Part shown: positions 59,934 to 64,000 of the stretch, one piece after another
Layout of the letters: every line of letters begins with the position of its first letter
Numbering within the stretch: position 1 is the stretch's first letter
Source of the DNA: an uncultured delta proteobacterium
GTDB lineage: Bacteria > Desulfobacterota > Syntrophobacteria > BM002
Length of the DNA: 64,000 nt
Direction: 5' to 3'
Assembly: GCA_963712115.1 (NCBI GenBank)
Contig: CAVQGX010000043.1
Coordinates: forward strand, 64,001 to 128,000
Notes under the pieces: model-generated
Database searches by the model: none
Told to the model about the DNA's origin: nothing
What the model saw: only the letters and a program-made list of their open reading frames with translations
Program-made: the position numbers and the translations under genes

Positions 59934-60770
59934 ATGACCGATTTCACCGGCAAAGTGACTTTGATTACTGGTGGCGCCTGTGGTCTGGGGCGGCTGGTTG
60001 CTCAGAAGATGGCTGCAAAGGGAAGTCACGTCGTCCTCTGGGATATCGCCCATGAGAGTTTAGCTAATACAGCCAGAGAAATTTCTGCAGCTGGCTACAA
60101 GGTGACGACTTATCACTGCGATGTTTCTGACCGTGATATGGTCTATGGTCTTGGAGAAAAAGTGAAAAAAGATGTTGGCAAAGTAGATATCATTATTAAT
60201 AACGCCGCGGTTGTCTCTGGAAGACCTTTCCTGGAGTGCAGTGACGAACAAATAGAACGAACTATGAGGGTCAATGTGCTGGCCCACTTTTGGACGGTGA
60301 AGGCTTTCCTTCCGGATATGGTCCAGACAAATAGCGGACACATCGTCACAGTCGCTTCCGCTGGAGGTATTGTGGGCAGCTCAGGATTGGTTGATTATGC
60401 TGCCAGCAAATTTGCCGCTTTCGGCTTCGATGAAGCCTTGCGAGCTGAGTTGAAAAAGCAGAAACTGAAAATCCACACCACCGTGGTCTGTCCATATTAT
60501 ATAAGGGGCGAGATGTTTGCAGGGGTTAAGACACGATTTTCGTTTTTATTGCCTATTTTGGATGCTGAGAAGGTGAGCGAGCGGATAGTCAAAGCCATTG
60601 CCCGGAAAAAACAACGGGTGATTATGCCTCCGCTGGTCTATGCTACCTGGCCCCTTAGGCTGCTCCCGGTGTCCATATTTGATAAGGTGGCTGACTTTTT
60701 GGGGATCAACGACGCTATGGATGAGTTTCGGGGCCAGCGGCCCGAAGAAGCACTAGGCACTAGGGACTGA
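59934..60770 (+). CDS. Short-chain dehydrogenase/reductase (17beta-HSD11/retinol dehydrogenase-like)
   Basis: TGGACGLG, NNAAV, HFWTVKAFLP and YAASK; ATG 59934 with RBS AAGGAG. Confidence 0.9.
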   Translation: MTDFTGKVTLITGGACGLGRLVAQKMAAKGSHVVLWDIAHESLANTAREISAAGYKVTTYHCDVSDRDMVYGLGEKVKKDVGKVDIIINNAAVVSGRPFLECSDEQIERTMRVNVLAHFWTVKAFLPDMVQTNSGHIVTVASAGGIVGSSGLVDYAASKFAAFGFDEALRAELKKQKLKIHTTVVCPYYIRGEMFAGVKTRFSFLLPILDAEKVSERIVKAIARKKQRVIMPPLVYATWPLRLLPVSIFDKVADFLGINDAMDEFRGQRPEEALGTRD

Positions 60771-60888
60771 GCACTAGCCACAGGTGGAGGACGCGGGGAT
60801 GGGGAGAAACGGCGAGACGTGGGTTAGAGGTCAGAGGTCAGATCACAGACGAGAGCAGGCAGATTGCAGCTGGCAGCGGACAGCGCGC

Positions 60889-60986
60889 AGAACTCAGAGG
60901 TCAGAGATCGGATGTCGGAGGTCAGGGGTAAAGCTGATCTCTGATCTCCGACTTCTGACCTCTATGATGGACGACTTCAACGATTT
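60889..60986 (+). repeat. Dispersed 98-bp repeat, copy 2
   Basis: 91/98 identical to 25451-25548; embedded in further 7-bp arrays (60750-61030). Confidence 0.9.
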
Positions 60987-61064
60987 TGACCATTTAACTA
61001 ATTGACCGGCTACGCTATGCTCTATGCTTCCTCCGTGATGACCGAAGCAATAAGGAATAGCACT

Positions 61065-62657
61065 ATGACTGACCAACAAACGAAGCAAAAGGTTGAGGCA
61101 ACGCTTTGTCGCAATCCTGCCACAGGAGGAATCTTGGGATATTCTCCCTTGACCGACCTTCAAGAGTTTGAACAAATTATCTCCAGGGCGAAAATTGCGC
61201 AGAAATCGTGGTCGAAACTGGACGTCAGAGAGCGAGTTAGACATATGCTCCGGGTTCGGGATTATCTGGTGCAGCATGCCGAGAAAATCTCAGAGGTTAT
61301 TTCCAAGGACAATGGCAAAACCTGGATGGATGCCCTGGCAACAGAAGTGCTCCCTGCCGCGATGGCAGTTAGTTATTACGCCAAGCACGCCAAGAAGTTT
61401 TTGAAAACTCGATACATCTGCCCGGGAAATATCCTGTTATTATACAAGCTCTCAAAAATAGTACGAATGCCCTACGGGGTTGTCGGGGTGATTTCGCCCT
61501 GGAACTATCCCTTTTCCATACCTTTTTCGGAGGTGGTAACGGCACTTCTTGCCGGAAATGCTGCGGTTGTTAAAACTGCTTCAGAAACTCAATGGGTTGG
61601 CCGAATTTTGGAAGAATGTTTCTTGGCAGCGGAACTACCACAGGGAATTTTTAACTATGTCAACATCCCCGGCAGTTTTGCCGGGAGTGCTTTTCTGAAA
61701 AACGGAATTGACAAGCTCTTTTTCACAGGCTCGGTGGCAGTGGGTAAACAACTTATGGCTGAAGCCGGCGAGACCCTAACTCCACTTGTCCTCGAGTTGG
61801 GGGGCAATGATGCCATGCTTGTCTGTGAGGATGCTGACCTATTCCGGGCAACCTCTGGTGCTGTATGGGCGGGGTTCCAAAACAGCGGCCAATCCTGTGG
61901 TGGGGTTGAGCGTGTATATGTCCATGAAAACGTCTACCATTCATTTCTTCAGCTACTAAAAAAGAAAGTAGAGGCTTTACGGGTGGGCCTTGGTGAGGAT
62001 TTCAAGGTGGACATTGGAGCCATGACCACCGAACGCCAGGTTTCCACAGTCAAGAGCCATCTAGAAGACGCACTGGCCAAAGGAGCACTAATTTACGCCC
62101 GTTCAGCTCCACCGCAAGGTAAAGAGTCGGGTACCATTGTCCCAGCCATGGTTTTAACTGGAGTCAACCATGAGATGTTAATCATGCAGGAGGAGACCTT
62201 TGGCCCCTTGGTGGGAGTAATGAAGGTAAAGGATATGGATGAAGCCGTTGCTCTCGCCAACGACTCTCAGTATGGTCTCACCGGTTCAGTATGGTCACGA
62301 AATAGAAGACGGGCTGAGACACTGGCCAGGCAAATTCAGGCCGGCGCGGTTACGATTAACGATCATCTAATCAGCCATGGTCTGGCTGAAACTCCCTGGG
62401 GTGGGGTAAAACAGTCGGGAATCGGCCGCAGCCACGGTGCCATTGGTTTTAATGAGATGACCCAACCCCAGGTGATAGTCCATGATATTCTGCCCTTTGC
62501 AAGACAGAATATCTGGTGGCACCCGCATACCCCCAAGTTATTTCAAGGACTCCTAGGGGCTACAAAATTTCTTTATGGCAAATCCATTGCTCAACGAGCT
62601 AAGGGACTTTATCATTTACTCAAAGTCATACCTAGATACTTCTCGACACGAGCCTAG
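61065..62657 (+). CDS. NAD(P)-dependent aldehyde dehydrogenase
   Basis: SPWNYP, FTGS, LELGGND, GQSC and EETFGP; ATG 61065 preferred. Confidence 0.92.
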   Translation: MTDQQTKQKVEATLCRNPATGGILGYSPLTDLQEFEQIISRAKIAQKSWSKLDVRERVRHMLRVRDYLVQHAEKISEVISKDNGKTWMDALATEVLPAAMAVSYYAKHAKKFLKTRYICPGNILLLYKLSKIVRMPYGVVGVISPWNYPFSIPFSEVVTALLAGNAAVVKTASETQWVGRILEECFLAAELPQGIFNYVNIPGSFAGSAFLKNGIDKLFFTGSVAVGKQLMAEAGETLTPLVLELGGNDAMLVCEDADLFRATSGAVWAGFQNSGQSCGGVERVYVHENVYHSFLQLLKKKVEALRVGLGEDFKVDIGAMTTERQVSTVKSHLEDALAKGALIYARSAPPQGKESGTIVPAMVLTGVNHEMLIMQEETFGPLVGVMKVKDMDEAVALANDSQYGLTGSVWSRNRRRAETLARQIQAGAVTINDHLISHGLAETPWGGVKQSGIGRSHGAIGFNEMTQPQVIVHDILPFARQNIWWHPHTPKLFQGLLGATKFLYGKSIAQRAKGLYHLLKVIPRYFSTRA

Positions 62658-62675
62658 AAACAGGAGGAGAGGTGC

Positions 62676-64000
62676 ATGGCCGGTAGAGTGGTGAGAAGCT
62701 CCTGTCGCGCTTGCCACGGCGGTTGCGGAGTACTGGTTGAAGTGGAAAACAACAAGGTCACCAGTATAAAGGGCGATCTAGATTGTCCGGTGAACAGAGG
62801 ATGGCTGTGCATTAAGGGGAAAAGATACAACACAATAACCCATCATCCCGACCGTTTAACCGATCCTTTACGAAAAACAAAGGGTTCCTGGAAGAAGATA
62901 TCCTGGGAAGAGGCTCTTGAAGAAATAGCTGAAACATTTCTACACATAAAGGAAAAACTCGGCCCGGAATCTCTTGTATTGGGATACGGAACCGGGCGCG
63001 ACAATGAATCTTTCATCTACCGTTTCGCCAACACCTTCGGCACCCCAAATGTGCTAACCGCCGGCCACATGTGTTATGGGCCGCGGATTGCTACTGGAAT
63101 AACCCTCTGTGGCAACCTGCCGGTGGTAGATTACCAGGGTAAGCCAGCTTGTATTATCGTCTGGGGGGCCAATCCACTCGTTTCCCATCCCGACGAATAC
63201 AAGGGTCTCTACTTGGCTCAAGCAATGAAGGGTGGCGCAAAGATTATCTGTGTTGATCCACGGCGATCCATGGTGGCCAGACAATCTCACCAATGGCTTC
63301 GAATCAGGCCCGGAACAGACGGTGCTCTGGCCTGGGGAATGGCAAATATTATAATTGACCAGGGGTTATTCGACCGTGAGTTCGTGGAAAACTTTGTCTA
63401 TGGCTGGGAGGAGTTTTGCCAGAGGGCTAAAAAATATCCCCTTTCCTGGGCGGCAAGTAAGACTGGGCTGAGGGAGGAGGAAATCCACTCTGCCGCTGAG
63501 ACCTTCGCTGCCACCAAGCCGGCAGGCATCCACTGGGGTGTGGCTCTGGAGCAGTCCAAGAACTGCGTAAACACAATAAGCTTGCTAATTTGCTTGATGG
63601 CGATGACCGGGAACCTGGATCGACCTGGTGGCAGCGTCTTCTATGCAAATCCACCAGTGATAAACGCCTCGCAGTTAGGCGCGCACCGGATGTTGTCGCC
63701 CGAGGCGCGTCAGAAGCGATTGGGCGGGGATTTGTTTCGTCTGGCGAATCGCATCGGCGTGATCAACCCGAAGGTTGTTTGGGATGCCATACTGGATGAA
63801 AAACCTTACCCGGTTAAGGGTTTGTATCTGATAAGCACCAATCCGGTGATTTCCCGGGCCAACTCCAGAGAGGTCAAGGCAGCCCTGGAAAAAGTGGACT
63901 TTCTGGTGGTGCAGGACTTTTTCCTCACGCCCACGGCTCAGGAGGCGGATATAGTGCTCCCTGCCTCCACCTGGTTGGAACACGACTATGTGGCTGATCT
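62676..64000 (+). CDS. Molybdopterin (DMSO reductase family) oxidoreductase, acetylene-hydratase-like subgroup; 3'-truncated and absent from the ORF track
   Basis: RBS GGAGG; MAGRVVRSSCRACHGGC...LCIKG (4Fe-4S), HPDRL, ISWEEAL, GHMCYGP, WGANP, IRPGTD and GNLDRPGG. Confidence 0.9.
   Translation, partial: MAGRVVRSSCRACHGGCGVLVEVENNKVTSIKGDLDCPVNRGWLCIKGKRYNTITHHPDRLTDPLRKTKGSWKKISWEEALEEIAETFLHIKEKLGPESLVLGYGTGRDNESFIYRFANTFGTPNVLTAGHMCYGPRIATGITLCGNLPVVDYQGKPACIIVWGANPLVSHPDEYKGLYLAQAMKGGAKIICVDPRRSMVARQSHQWLRIRPGTDGALAWGMANIIIDQGLFDREFVENFVYGWEEFCQRAKKYPLSWAASKTGLREEEIHSAAETFAATKPAGIHWGVALEQSKNCVNTISLLICLMAMTGNLDRPGGSVFYANPPVINASQLGAHRMLSPEARQKRLGGDLFRLANRIGVINPKVVWDAILDEKPYPVKGLYLISTNPVISRANSREVKAALEKVDFLVVQDFFLTPTAQEADIVLPASTWLEHDYVAD

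Noticed and set aside
62676-64000. True acetylene hydratase, or a selenocysteine enzyme
   Set aside because: His replaces the catalytic Asp position; the metal ligand codon is TGT (Cys), not TGA

Overview
Chromosomal window from an anaerobic sulfate/sulfite-reducing bacterium. Gene content suggests Desulfobacterota/deltaproteobacteria (inference). It carries a reductive-type dsr locus in the order dsrD / dsrA-dsrB-dsrN-dsrC, a liv-type amino-acid ABC transporter convergent with putA, ihfB, a tRNA nucleotidyltransferase, a family-B DNA polymerase and many stand-alone enzymes. It ends in a truncated molybdopterin oxidoreductase that the ORF track misses. I found no tRNA, rRNA, CRISPR array or transposase gene. 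The most notable signals are: (1) a three-gene 'pseudo-signalling' operon (HTH-PAS-degenerate cyclase, membrane triple-GAF protein with no output domain, receiver lacking its phospho-Asp) behind five copies of TACTGTCTAA, one on the -10 box; (2) 7/8-bp-period palindromic elements in many intergenic gaps, including a 98-bp 93%-identical pair and a nested ~40-bp hairpin element; (3) dsrD upstream of dsrA with a duplicated promoter plus Rex-like box; (4) candidate CU-rich small RNAs, one behind a sigma54-like promoter; (5) three +1 frameshifts at simple repeats. All family calls come from motif recognition by eye; no database search was run.
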